Positions 10,203 to 19,970 of a stretch of DNA of 64,000 bases are shown one piece after another (positions within the stretch are counted from its first letter, which is position 1; the number at the start of each line of letters is the position of its first letter). The stretch covers positions 1,376,001 to 1,440,000 of the forward strand of contig OY762069.1 of assembly GCA_963665095.1 (NCBI GenBank). The letters are read 5' to 3'. The notes beneath the pieces are model-generated. The model was given only the letters and a program-made list of their open reading frames with translations. It did not search any database and had not been told where the DNA came from. Source of the DNA: an uncultured Desulfobacter sp. GTDB taxonomy: Bacteria; Desulfobacterota; Desulfobacteria; Desulfobacterales; Desulfobacteraceae. Made by a program: the position numbers and the translations under genes.

Positions 10203-11693
10203 ATGATTTTAGATCACCTGCCGGATAAAGACCGGTTCATGGAACTTGCCCGGACAGCCAATGTAATACCTGTGGGCACAAGAGTACTGGCCGATACCGA
10301 CACCCCGGTATCCATCCTTCAGAAGTGCTATGATAAGGACAAGGAAAGTTTTCTGCTGGAAAGTGTGGAGGGTGGTGAGCGCTGGGGAAGGTTCAGCTTT
10401 CTGGGGGTATCGGCTTTCGGTCGCATAAAAATCTTTAAAACCCATGTGCTGGTAGAAACACAGCATGAGACCTTAAGAATCGCCCATGAAAATGATCCGC
10501 TAAAGGTGATGCGTGACATTATCAAACGCTATACTCCGGCGGATTTTCCGGATCTGCCCCGGTTCTGGAGCGGTATTACCGGTTATTTTGCCTATGAAAT
10601 GGTCGCGTTTTTCGAAAATATTGATGTCGCCCTGCCCGACGGCACCCCCTATGGTCATTTTATTATCCCGGAGCAGATGGTTATCTTTGATAATATCAAG
10701 CAGACCATGACCTGCCTGAATATCTGCTACCTGACCCAAAATGATGATCCGGCAAAGGTATATGATAAAGCCAGAGCCAGTCTTGATGAACTGGTCAGTC
10801 AGATCAGCCGGCCTTTTGCACCCACGCCTTGCACAAATGTTTCAAAAACAGCCTTAGAGCCCCTGACACCGGCTCAGGAATATATGGACGGGGTCAACAC
10901 CATCAAACATCACATTGTAGAGGGTGATATTTTCCAGGCTGTTTATTCCCAGCCCTTTTCATGCAAAACCGATGTGGACCCGGTGCTTATCTACCGTGCC
11001 CAGCGATACATCAACCCATCCCCGTATATGTTCTTCATGAACTTCAGGGACCGGGTGGTGGCAGGCTCTTCACCCGAAACCATGGTGCGCCTGGAAAACC
11101 GGGTGGCAACCCTTCGTCCCATTGCCGGCACAAGGCCCAGGGGGGCCACCGAACAACAAGACCGCTCCCTGGCCGACGACCTGCTCAATGATGAAAAGGA
11201 AAAGGCCGAGCATGTCATGCTCATTGATCTGGGCCGCAACGATCTTGGCCGGGTGGCCAAAGCCTGCACGGTGCAGGTCACGGACACCATGGTCATTGAA
11301 CGCTATTCCCATGTCATGCACCTGGTCTCCAACATCACCTGTGATGTCAAGGATGACTGCGACGCCTTTGACCTTTTCAAGGCCACCTTTCCCGCAGGCA
11401 CCCTGTCCGGTGCCCCGAAAATCAGGGCCATGGAGATCATTGCAGCACTTGAAAACCGGCCCCGGGGTATATACGGCGGCGCAGCCGGGTATATCTCCTT
11501 TACAGGCAATATGGATTTTGCCATCACCATCCGTACCGCTGTCATGGAAAACAACACCCTGACAGTCCAGGCCGGTGCCGGCATTGTGTACGACTCTGAT
11601 CCTGAAACCGAATTAAAAGAGTGCATAAACAAGGCCAAAAGTGTTGAAACCGCCTTTAAGCTGGCCCTGTCACAAAGCAAAGGGGAAAATTAA
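10203..11693 (+). CDS. trpE: Anthranilate synthase component I
   Basis: LLESVEGG, NPSPYM, GSSPE, PIAGTRPRG, EHVMLIDLGRND, GTLSGAPK. Confidence 0.97.
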   Translation: MILDHLPDKDRFMELARTANVIPVGTRVLADTDTPVSILQKCYDKDKESFLLESVEGGERWGRFSFLGVSAFGRIKIFKTHVLVETQHETLRIAHENDPLKVMRDIIKRYTPADFPDLPRFWSGITGYFAYEMVAFFENIDVALPDGTPYGHFIIPEQMVIFDNIKQTMTCLNICYLTQNDDPAKVYDKARASLDELVSQISRPFAPTPCTNVSKTALEPLTPAQEYMDGVNTIKHHIVEGDIFQAVYSQPFSCKTDVDPVLIYRAQRYINPSPYMFFMNFRDRVVAGSSPETMVRLENRVATLRPIAGTRPRGATEQQDRSLADDLLNDEKEKAEHVMLIDLGRNDLGRVAKACTVQVTDTMVIERYSHVMHLVSNITCDVKDDCDAFDLFKATFPAGTLSGAPKIRAMEIIAALENRPRGIYGGAAGYISFTGNMDFAITIRTAVMENNTLTVQAGAGIVYDSDPETELKECINKAKSVETAFKLALSQSKGEN

Positions 11694-11695
11694 AT

Positions 11696-12265
11696 ATGAA
11701 AGCGGCAATTATTGACAATTACGACTCCTTTACCTTTAATCTGATGCACTATGTACTGCATACAGGGGTCCAGGTTGAGGTTTTCAGAAATGATAAAATC
11801 AGCGTGACAGAACTGGACAGTTTGGGGTTTAATGCCATTATCCTTTCTCCGGGCCCAGGACGGCCGGAAGATGCCGGTATCTGCCTGGAGGTGGTACAAA
11901 AGCTCTCCGGGAAGGTGCCGATCCTAGGTGTGTGCCTTGGCCACCAGACCATCGCCCAGAGTTTTGGCGGCACCATAATTCATGCCAAGTCCATCATGCA
12001 CGGTAAAACCTCCGTGGTTGAAACCGATGGCAAACAAATATTTAACGGCATCACAAAGCCCTTTAATGCCATGCGGTACCACTCTCTGGCCGTACAGGAA
12101 TCTGACCTGCCGGACTGCCTGGAGGTGACTGCCAGAACAAAGGACGGAGAGATCATGGGAATCAGACATAAAACACACCCCACCCAGGGGGTCCAGTTTC
12201 ATCCGGAATCATTCATGACCACTGTGGGCAAACGACTGATCAGAAATTTTATCAAAGGAGCATAG
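11696..12265 (+). CDS. trpG: Anthranilate synthase component II (glutamine amidotransferase)
   Basis: IDNYDSF, SPGPG, GVCLGHQ, RYHSL, QFHPES. Confidence 0.97.
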   Translation: MKAAIIDNYDSFTFNLMHYVLHTGVQVEVFRNDKISVTELDSLGFNAIILSPGPGRPEDAGICLEVVQKLSGKVPILGVCLGHQTIAQSFGGTIIHAKSIMHGKTSVVETDGKQIFNGITKPFNAMRYHSLAVQESDLPDCLEVTARTKDGEIMGIRHKTHPTQGVQFHPESFMTTVGKRLIRNFIKGA

Positions 12266-12270
12266 GCGCT

Positions 12271-13293
12271 ATGAGCGATTTTACCACCCATCTGAACACC
12301 ATTATTAAAGGGGAAAATCTCGGCCAGGACCAGATGGCCGGAATGCTGGAGGCAATTTTTTCAGGAGAAACCACTGAATCCCAGATCGGCGCGTTCATGG
12401 CGGCCCTGGCCACCAAGGGCGAAACCTTTGAAGAGCTGGCAGGTGCGGCGCGTGCCATGCGCACCAAGGCAGTAAGGGTCCAGACCCTTGCTAAAAAGGT
12501 GATTGACACCTGCGGCACCGGCGGGGATAAATCCGGCTCATTCAACATCTCCACCACCACCGCCTTTGTCATTGCCGGGGCCGGCATTACCGTGGCCAAA
12601 CACGGCAACCGCTCCATCACCAGCAAATGCGGATCTGCAGACGTACTTGAAGCCCTTGGGGTCAATTTAACCGTGGACCCGGAAATTGTGGAAGAGGCCA
12701 TCAATGAAATCGGCATTGGCTTTATGTTTGCCCCGCTCTACCATGGTTCCATGAAATACGCCATGAAGGCGCGCACTGAATGCAAAATCAGAAGTATTTT
12801 TAATATGCTGGGACCCCTGACAAATCCCGCGGCCGCCTCCTGCCAGATACTGGGTGTCTATGCTCCGGAACTGACTGAAATGTTTGGAAAGGCATTGAAT
12901 CTGCTGGGTGTGGAAAAGGCCTTTGTGGTCCATGGCCATGACGGTATGGATGAGATGACCACCACGGACCTGACACGGGTGACGGAATTAGACAAGGGCC
13001 TGATTAAAACCTATGATGTGGATCCGCTGACCTATTTTGATGAATATGCTGACGCCAAAGACCTGATGGGGGGCGATGCCCAGCACAATGCCGGCATTAC
13101 CCGGGCTATTCTTAATGGGGAACAGGGTCCTAAAGCCAACATTGTCCTGCTCAATGCCGGAGCCGGTTTAGTGGCCGCTAATGCCGCCCCTACCATTGAA
13201 AAGGGGATTGAACTGGCCAAAGAGTCCATCAAATCAGGAGCGGCCATGGAAAAACTGACAGCACTTGCCGCCTATACCCGGGAAAACGGATAG
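12271..13293 (+). CDS. trpD: Anthranilate phosphoribosyltransferase
   Basis: DTCGTGGD, NISTT, KHGNRS, GSAD, GPLTNP. Confidence 0.97.
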   Translation: MSDFTTHLNTIIKGENLGQDQMAGMLEAIFSGETTESQIGAFMAALATKGETFEELAGAARAMRTKAVRVQTLAKKVIDTCGTGGDKSGSFNISTTTAFVIAGAGITVAKHGNRSITSKCGSADVLEALGVNLTVDPEIVEEAINEIGIGFMFAPLYHGSMKYAMKARTECKIRSIFNMLGPLTNPAAASCQILGVYAPELTEMFGKALNLLGVEKAFVVHGHDGMDEMTTTDLTRVTELDKGLIKTYDVDPLTYFDEYADAKDLMGGDAQHNAGITRAILNGEQGPKANIVLLNAGAGLVAANAAPTIEKGIELAKESIKSGAAMEKLTALAAYTRENG

Positions 13294-13303
13294 GAAGTTA
13301 AAA

Positions 13304-14113
13304 ATGAAAATGACCGGATTTTTAAAAACGATAGTTGATGTCAAAATCGAAGAGATCAACCATGCCAGGGTAGAAATTCCTTTGGCTGCCATCCGCCATG
13401 ATGCCGAGCATACCCCGGCACCGGTATCATTTATAGAAGCAATGGCTGCCTCAACATGTGAAGCACCAGGGATCATTGCCGAGGTGAAAAAGGCATCCCC
13501 GTCCAAAGGGGATATCCGCCCGGACATTGATGCTGCCGCCTATGCCAGGGCCTATACCAAAGGATGTGCCAGGGCCATATCTGTGCTGACGGAATCAAAA
13601 TATTTTAAAGGCACACTGTCCGACCTCGAACTGGTATGCCAAAACACAAATCTGCCGGTACTGCGAAAGGATTTTATTTTTAACGAATATCAGATTTATG
13701 AAGCAAAAAAAGCAGGGGCTTCAGCCGTACTCTTAATCACCACCCTGCTGGACCCAATCCTTCAGGCTGAACTGACCAGCATGGCCAGAGAGCTTGATAT
13801 GGAACCTTTGGTGGAGATCAATTCGGAATCTGAGTTTGAACAGGCATATAAAGCATCCGCCCGGGTGGTGGGCATCAACAACCGGAATCTTACCACCCTT
13901 GAAGTGGACACCACTGTGGCCCGGCGGGTGGCAAAAATCTTCCCCAGCGAAATTATCCCGGTGGAAGCCTCGGGGATTTCAAATCGTTCAGGCATTGAGG
14001 CAGGCCTTGAAAATGGCATTTTCAATTTTCTTGTGGGGGAAAGCATTGTAAGGGCAAAAGATCCGGCACAGTTCATCCGGGCGCTTCTCGGAAAAAAAGA
14101 GAAGGATAATTAG
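13304..14113 (+). CDS. trpC: Indole-3-glycerol phosphate synthase
   Basis: IIAEVKKASPSKG, SVLTE, LRKDFI, GINNRNL; start moved to the ATG after the trpD stop. Confidence 0.96.
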   Translation: MKMTGFLKTIVDVKIEEINHARVEIPLAAIRHDAEHTPAPVSFIEAMAASTCEAPGIIAEVKKASPSKGDIRPDIDAAAYARAYTKGCARAISVLTESKYFKGTLSDLELVCQNTNLPVLRKDFIFNEYQIYEAKKAGASAVLLITTLLDPILQAELTSMARELDMEPLVEINSESEFEQAYKASARVVGINNRNLTTLEVDTTVARRVAKIFPSEIIPVEASGISNRSGIEAGLENGIFNFLVGESIVRAKDPAQFIRALLGKKEKDN

Positions 14114-14116
14114 ACC

Positions 14117-14800
14117 ATGGAACAAATTTTCAGGCCGGCATGGCAGATTCCAGAATCACGGTCATCAGTCCTTGTGAAAATCTGCGGTCTGACCCGCGTG
14201 GACAATGCGCTTGAATGTGTTAACGCCGGTGCTGATATTATCGGCCTGGTGTTTTATGAAAAAAGTCCCCGGCATGTGGAAAGACAGACAGCCCTCCGGA
14301 TAGCCCGGGCTCTTCCATCCCATGTGCCGGCATGCGGGGTATTTGTTAATGAATCCTTTGCAACCATCATGGAAACAGCTCAAACGTGCGGTCTTGGCCT
14401 TGTCCAGCTCCATGGCAATGAATCACCCCAGATGGTCCAGCGTCTGTCCGATCACGGTCTTGTAGTGGTTAAAGCCTTTTTCGCAGCAGCGCAACCCACG
14501 CTCAGCCAGGCAGCCCGGTATTTGTATGCGGACTTCTGTCTGGCCGAGTACGGCAAAGGGATTCTGCCGGGCGGCAATGCTGAAACCTGGGATTACGGTC
14601 AGGCAAAGGAAATGGGAAAAAAAATTCGTCTGATGCTGGCCGGAGGTCTTGATCCTGAAAATGTAAAGGATGCTGTGGAAAAGGTTTACCCCTGTGCCGT
14701 GGATGTCTCTTCAGGCGTGGAAAAAGAAAAGGGTGTTAAAAATATTTCAAAGGTCCGGGCATTCATTGACGCAGCCAAGTCCGTCTCGTTACCCACATAA
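14117..14800 (+). CDS. trpF: Phosphoribosylanthranilate isomerase
   Basis: VKICGLT, QLHGNE, LAGGL, DVSSGVE. Confidence 0.95.
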   Translation: MEQIFRPAWQIPESRSSVLVKICGLTRVDNALECVNAGADIIGLVFYEKSPRHVERQTALRIARALPSHVPACGVFVNESFATIMETAQTCGLGLVQLHGNESPQMVQRLSDHGLVVVKAFFAAAQPTLSQAARYLYADFCLAEYGKGILPGGNAETWDYGQAKEMGKKIRLMLAGGLDPENVKDAVEKVYPCAVDVSSGVEKEKGVKNISKVRAFIDAAKSVSLPT

Positions 14801-14849
14801 CCATTAAAATTTATTCCAGGCATTCATCGGTTTTCTGATATGCGTTTGT

Positions 14850-15596
14850 TCAGCGGACCAGCAGATTATTGCCCGGATAAATTTTGTCATCCAATGTCAG
14901 ATTATTGAGCTTGCGCAAAGCCCCCACGCTGATTTTATATTTTCTGGAAATGGAATACAGGGTTTCGCCCTTCTGAACTGTGTGGAACTGACTGGGTTTC
15001 TTCTTGGGCGTAGTCACCTTCTTTGGTTTGACCGTTTTCACAGCCACTTTTTCAGGAACGGGTGCAGCAGGTTTGGCTTCGGCTTTTGGTTTAACTGCAG
15101 GGGTAACCTTTGCGGCTGAAATCTGGGCAACGGCTTTCTGCCTGTTTAAACGTGCCTCAAGTTTTCCCATCCGTTCAATCAGTGTATCCAGCTTTAAATT
15201 CACGGCCGTCTCCAGACGCGTCACCCGATCATCAAGATCCATAACTGCTTTGGATGAGATCAGGGAAGCATCCTGACCGGAAGAAGACATCAACTTTGCC
15301 AAAGAGACCTCAAGGGCTGAAATACGGCTCTCAAAACCTGGGGCATCTACCTGGGCAGCCTTGTCTTCGGAAAAGGCCTGACTGTCCGGATCTTTTTTGC
15401 CGGACGGCCCTTTAAAAAACCAGAAAAAGGCCAGGATCGTGATCACCAGCGCGGCCCCGAGAATCATGGCAAACTCATTTCTTTTCAGCAAAGAGTTGCC
15501 GGAATCCATATCAGATTCAGAGGCTATCTGTTTTTTTCGGTTTGAATTTTTTCCTGTGGTGGGTATCTTGGATTCAGACGCAGGCTTTTTGCTCAT
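14850..15596 (-). CDS. Membrane-anchored coiled-coil protein with C-terminal LysM domain
   Basis: One TM helix, coiled-coil and Pro/Lys-rich linker, HTVQKGETLYSISRKY LysM; start chosen by AGGAG RBS. Confidence 0.85.
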   Translation of the reverse strand: MSKKPASESKIPTTGKNSNRKKQIASESDMDSGNSLLKRNEFAMILGAALVITILAFFWFFKGPSGKKDPDSQAFSEDKAAQVDAPGFESRISALEVSLAKLMSSSGQDASLISSKAVMDLDDRVTRLETAVNLKLDTLIERMGKLEARLNRQKAVAQISAAKVTPAVKPKAEAKPAAPVPEKVAVKTVKPKKVTTPKKKPSQFHTVQKGETLYSISRKYKISVGALRKLNNLTLDDKIYPGNNLLVR

Positions 15597-15910
15597 CTTA
15601 CAACTCCTAAGAAAAATTCCTTTTTGTGCATTCATACCATTTCAGCCCGTTATTTCAAGCCTAAACAAAAAATAACCTGAACCCGTGGAAAGGTTATAAC
15701 CCTTTCCAATGATAATTTGCCCTGATTATTCATATTATCACTTTGACAAGGCAGATCACTTTACCTATCTATTTCTGTAATTTAAATTAACTAGGAAAAC
15801 CTGTAATTATCCATTTTTCAGCTTTACATGAGGGAGTTTGTACTTTCCTGCCTCCTAAGATTTGCTAAAAAAATTTGACCCCTAACGTAACTCTTTTAAA
15901 GGAGATTGTT

Positions 15911-17215
15911 ATGACTGAGGTAATAAAACTTGAAAGAGAAAAAAAGGCTGCCTTTAAAGAAAAATTAATGAGCAAGCTGCCCGATGGTGCCAACCTTAAT
16001 TTGTGCCTGACCTGCGGCGCATGTGCTTCCGGTTGTCCCGCAACAGGGCTTGAAAATATGGATCCACGCAAATTTGTCAGAATGGTGGCTTTGGGTATGG
16101 ACGATGAACTGACCAAGCATCCGTGGGTATGGATGTGCTCCCAGTGCCAGCGTTGTGTTTTTGTCTGCCCCATGAATATTGACATCGCAGCACTGGTGTA
16201 TGAGGCCCGGCAGTTATGGCCCAGGGACGAGAGACCCAAAGGCATTGTCGGATCCTGTGACATGGCACTTAGAAACACCAGCGGCAGTGCCATGGGAATT
16301 TCTGAAGAGGATTTTGAATGGGTGGTTGGTGACATTTTAGATGAAGTTCATGAAGACCAGCCAGGCTGGGAAGAGCTTGATGCACCGGTGAATAAAGAGG
16401 GTGCCCATTTTTTTGTGAGCCAGAATTCCCGTGAACCGGGTGTTGAACCGGAGGAGATGGTTCCCTTATGGAAAATTCTGAACATTGTCGGGGCAGACTG
16501 GACATACAGCACAAGGGGTTGGGGTGGTGAAAATTACTGTATGTTCCTCGCAGATGACGAGAACTGGGAAAAAGTCACCAGAAATACCATTGAATCCGCC
16601 ATGGAACTGGGTTGTAAAGTGTATTTAAATACTGAATGCGGCCACTCTACATTCTCAGTCTGGAAGGGCCAGCAGCGTTTCGGTATTAAAACAGACCTCG
16701 AAATCGCACCAATGGTTCAATATTATGCCAAATGGATACGGGAAGGTAAGTTAAAACCAAGCTCTGACTGGAATAAGGACCTGAAAGTCACATTTACAGT
16801 TCAGGACCCCTGTCAACAGGTTCGGAAAAGCTTTGGTGATCCGCTGGCAGATGATTTACGTTTTGTTGTCAAAGCCTGCATCGGTGAAGAAAATTTTATC
16901 GATATGGTTCCCAACCATTCCAATAACTTCTGCTGTGGCGGCGGCGGTGGCTACCTTCAGTCAGGCTTTAATGAAGCCCGTCTGAAATACGGTGAGATTA
17001 AAAAAGATCAGATTCTGGCCACCGGTGCAGACTACTGCGTCACCCCCTGTCATAACTGCCATGACCAGATTCATAAACTTGCTGACCACTATGAGTGCAA
17101 GTACCACACGATCCATTTATGGACCCTGCTGGCTCTGGCCTTAGGCGTGCTTGGCGAAAATGAACGGATTTATCTTGGACCGGATCTGAAGGAAGTCAAT
17201 CTTCCCGAAGAATAA
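15911..17215 (+). CDS. Fe-S oxidoreductase, HdrD/TmcB-like (two ferredoxin motifs + CCG domain)
   Basis: CLTCGACASGCP, CSQCQRCVFVCP, ECGH, DPC..CCGGGGG..PCHNC; AAGGAG RBS before 15911. Confidence 0.88.
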   Translation: MTEVIKLEREKKAAFKEKLMSKLPDGANLNLCLTCGACASGCPATGLENMDPRKFVRMVALGMDDELTKHPWVWMCSQCQRCVFVCPMNIDIAALVYEARQLWPRDERPKGIVGSCDMALRNTSGSAMGISEEDFEWVVGDILDEVHEDQPGWEELDAPVNKEGAHFFVSQNSREPGVEPEEMVPLWKILNIVGADWTYSTRGWGGENYCMFLADDENWEKVTRNTIESAMELGCKVYLNTECGHSTFSVWKGQQRFGIKTDLEIAPMVQYYAKWIREGKLKPSSDWNKDLKVTFTVQDPCQQVRKSFGDPLADDLRFVVKACIGEENFIDMVPNHSNNFCCGGGGGYLQSGFNEARLKYGEIKKDQILATGADYCVTPCHNCHDQIHKLADHYECKYHTIHLWTLLALALGVLGENERIYLGPDLKEVNLPEE

Positions 17216-17290
17216 CCGCGACACCATAGCAACGAAAAATTGTGGTATCCGGAGCCAAAGCGCAGTCATAACAGTGATAAACACCATATA

Positions 17291-17324
17291 AGTGCAGGCC
17301 GATGATCAGGTGTCGGCCTGCACT
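17291..17324. terminator. Hairpin between convergent genes, probable terminator
   Basis: Perfect 12-bp stem AGTGCAGGCCGA/TCGGCCTGCACT; U-tract weak. Confidence 0.6.
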
Positions 17325-17342
17325 GTACCCTGCCTTTTTTCA

Positions 17343-17657
17343 TCAATTTCCCAGTGTATCGGCAACTGCCTCTTCTTTCATATGGATGTCCCAGCGATCA
17401 CCCCACATGTCTGGAGTGGTCTCTTCAACCTGCGTGATGGAATCCCAGCTGATACCGATTTCCGTGAAAATATCCTTGAGCGCCTCTTCGTCAGGGGCCA
17501 TCCACAGGCAAAAGCGAACACCCTTAACATCATTGTAGTAGGTCCGAATCCATGTGGCAGACTCGACGTTGGCAAGTTTTCTCCAGTTTGCCTGCACCTC
17601 TTCGCAGTCAATACCGGGGTTGCTGTGTACCATCATGTATATATTCTGTCTGGTCAT
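17343..17657 (-). CDS. Small DUF4242-like protein
   Basis: WIRTYY..GVRFCLWMAP.EE..G..D.I.QV pattern recalled for DUF4242; AAGGAG RBS. Confidence 0.65.
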   Translation of the reverse strand: MTRQNIYMMVHSNPGIDCEEVQANWRKLANVESATWIRTYYNDVKGVRFCLWMAPDEEALKDIFTEIGISWDSITQVEETTPDMWGDRWDIHMKEEAVADTLGN

Positions 17658-17735
17658 GATATTTCTCCTTTTTTAAACGGTTTATGCTGCTGATGAAACC
17701 GAATGCGCATCGGGTTGAACTTATCCTGATACCAG

Positions 17736-17751
17736 TACATAAACCGTGCCA
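17736..17751 (-). promoter_or_regulatory. Candidate sigma54 -24/-12 promoter for the DUF4242-like gene
   Basis: TGGCACG-GTTT-ATGTA (-24 perfect, -12 GT instead of GC); IHF-like TTTCAATAGGTTA at 17802-17814; divergent activator gene. Confidence 0.55.
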
Positions 17752-17941
17752 GATATTCTTCACAATAACCTAATTTATCCTAAAAGAAATATCCTATTTT
17801 ATTTCAATAGGTTAAATATTGTAGAACCCTCCATTTTTAAAAAAGATTGACGGGGTGGTACCTAAGACATAGGATGACACTCAAGTGATGGTGGCGCCAC
17901 GCGGCGCCACTGTGTTCCTCCCCCCAAAAAGGAGAGCGACC

Positions 17942-19354
17942 ATGCCAGACCTGTCCTGCGATATAAATAACAGTCCGGTTTTGGAAATGATTCTGGAAGC
18001 CATTGGAGACGGCGTATTCATCCTGGATTTGGACGGCCGCATCATTTCCTGGAATCGGGCCATGGAAAAAATCTGTGGCTATGGTTCAGCCGAGGTCCTT
18101 GGAAAATCCTGTACACTCCTTCAGTTTAACCAGTGTTTCAACAAACAATGCCCCACGGAGTTCAATGAATGCGGGGTGTTGAAATCCGGAAAAGTGTTAC
18201 CGGTGGAGTGCTTTATGATCCACAAAGCCGGCCATTCGGTGCCGGTGATTAAAAATGCCCGGGTCATTAAGAATCCAGACGGGCAAATTATAGGGGTGAT
18301 TGAGGCGGTCACCGACATGACCGAACTTAAAAACGCCCGCATCAAAATGGCGGAGGTCAGCCGTCGTTTAGGAGAACTTAACCGATTAGGCGGCATCATT
18401 GCCAAAAGCCAGGTTATGCAGAACGTATTCACCTTTATCAAAGCGTCTGCTGCCACGGATGCCACCATTCTGATTCAGGGTGAAAGCGGCACGGGCAAGG
18501 AACTTGTGGCCGGGGCCATTCATTCCATTGGCGAGCGAAAAGACAAGCCGATGATTACGGTCAACTGCAGTGCACTTTCCGAAACCCTTCTGGAAAGCGA
18601 ATTGTTCGGCCATGTCAAAGGGGCGTTCACCGGGGCCAACCGGGACAGAATCGGGCGGTTTGAGGAAGCCCATTCAGGGACTATTTTTCTGGATGAGATT
18701 GGTGAGATCTCTCCCTATATTCAGATTAAACTTTTGCGGGTGCTTCAGGAAAAGGAGATTGAACGGGTGGGTGAATCCCGGAAGCGCAGGATCAACATCC
18801 GGATCATCACCGCCACCAATAAGGATCTCAAATCCCTTGTGGACGAGGGAAGATTCAGAGAAGATCTCTATTACCGGCTCAAGGTTTTTCCTATTTTTCT
18901 GCCCCCCCTGCGCAGGCGAAAGGAAGACATTCCGCTTCTGGTGACGCATTTTATCCGCATTAACAATAAAGCCGGGGGCAAAGTGAAAAGTATTGAACCC
19001 GGTGCCCTTAAGGCCCTGATGGATTATCACTGGCCGGGTAACATCCGGGAACTTGCCAATGCCATTGAACATGCCTTTGTGCTGTGCCGGGACCGGGATA
19101 TCAGTTTGGCAGACCTGCCAATTGAAATCCGGCACTTCAAAGCGGAATATAATGACAAGGATTCCGGGACAGTTGAGATTTCCCGCATCAAAAAAGCAGC
19201 CCCCCTGACACGGGAAACACTTTTAACCATTCTTAACAACAGTAACTGGAACAAAGCCGAGGCAGCGCGCCAGACAGGAATGAGCCGGGCATCCATCTGG
19301 AAATATATGAAAAAATGGAATATTCCCCTTCAGCCTGAATCTGAGAGTACCTGA
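17942..19354 (+). CDS. Sigma54-dependent activator (PAS-AAA+-Fis-type HTH)
   Basis: PAS N-terminus, [36 protein letters not shown]-terminal HTH; AGGAG RBS before 17942. Confidence 0.94.
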   Translation: MPDLSCDINNSPVLEMILEAIGDGVFILDLDGRIISWNRAMEKICGYGSAEVLGKSCTLLQFNQCFNKQCPTEFNECGVLKSGKVLPVECFMIHKAGHSVPVIKNARVIKNPDGQIIGVIEAVTDMTELKNARIKMAEVSRRLGELNRLGGIIAKSQVMQNVFTFIKASAATDATILIQGESGTGKELVAGAIHSIGERKDKPMITVNCSALSETLLESELFGHVKGAFTGANRDRIGRFEEAHSGTIFLDEIGEISPYIQIKLLRVLQEKEIERVGESRKRRINIRIITATNKDLKSLVDEGRFREDLYYRLKVFPIFLPPLRRRKEDIPLLVTHFIRINNKAGGKVKSIEPGALKALMDYHWPGNIRELANAIEHAFVLCRDRDISLADLPIEIRHFKAEYNDKDSGTVEISRIKKAAPLTRETLLTILNNSNWNKAEAARQTGMSRASIWKYMKKWNIPLQPESEST

Positions 19355-19415
19355 AAGGTATCAATCAAACCGTCCGACAGGCCACCTCATTATGAAATGC
19401 CCATGGTAATCCCTT

Positions 19416-19958
19416 TCAGGGAAAAGAAGTGCTGTTGGATACTGTATTGACAGCGGCAAGAATAAGATCGGCAGCTTTATCTTGTGTATATTTTTCCGTA
19501 TCAACAGATATCTGGGCAAGGCTCTGATATAAAGGGGTTCTGGTTTGAAGCATCTTTTCAGTTTCAAGGGCGGGATCGTAATTCGTTAGGTCCGGCCGTT
19601 GCAGGGCAGAAGTCGCATCTTTTGACATCCTGTCTGTCAGGACTTCGGCCGAGGCATACAGTAAAACGATGATACCGGCTTTTTTTAGAAACTGCCTGTT
19701 TTCAGGTGCCAGCACGATACCACCACCGGTGGCGACAACAGGCATATTTTCTAAATTTAAATTCATTAGAATTTCAGTCTCTTTTGCCCTGAAATAGTCC
19801 CAGCCATGCTCCACCACCATCTCGGTGATGGTGGTGGAGCATGTTGACTGCAGAAGCTGGTCCGTGTCAAGAAACGGCCGGTCCAGCAGGCCGGCCAGAA
19901 TCTTTCCGGTGGAGGTTTTTCCGGTACACCGGTATCCGATAATAAAGATGGGTTGCAT
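19416..19958 (-). CDS. aroK: Shikimate kinase
   Basis: GYRCTGKTS P-loop, DTD, FRAKE, ATGGG; GGAGG RBS. Confidence 0.93.
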   Translation of the reverse strand: MQPIFIIGYRCTGKTSTGKILAGLLDRPFLDTDQLLQSTCSTTITEMVVEHGWDYFRAKETEILMNLNLENMPVVATGGGIVLAPENRQFLKKAGIIVLLYASAEVLTDRMSKDATSALQRPDLTNYDPALETEKMLQTRTPLYQSLAQISVDTEKYTQDKAADLILAAVNTVSNSTSFP

Positions 19959-19970
19959 GGACAAACCTCC

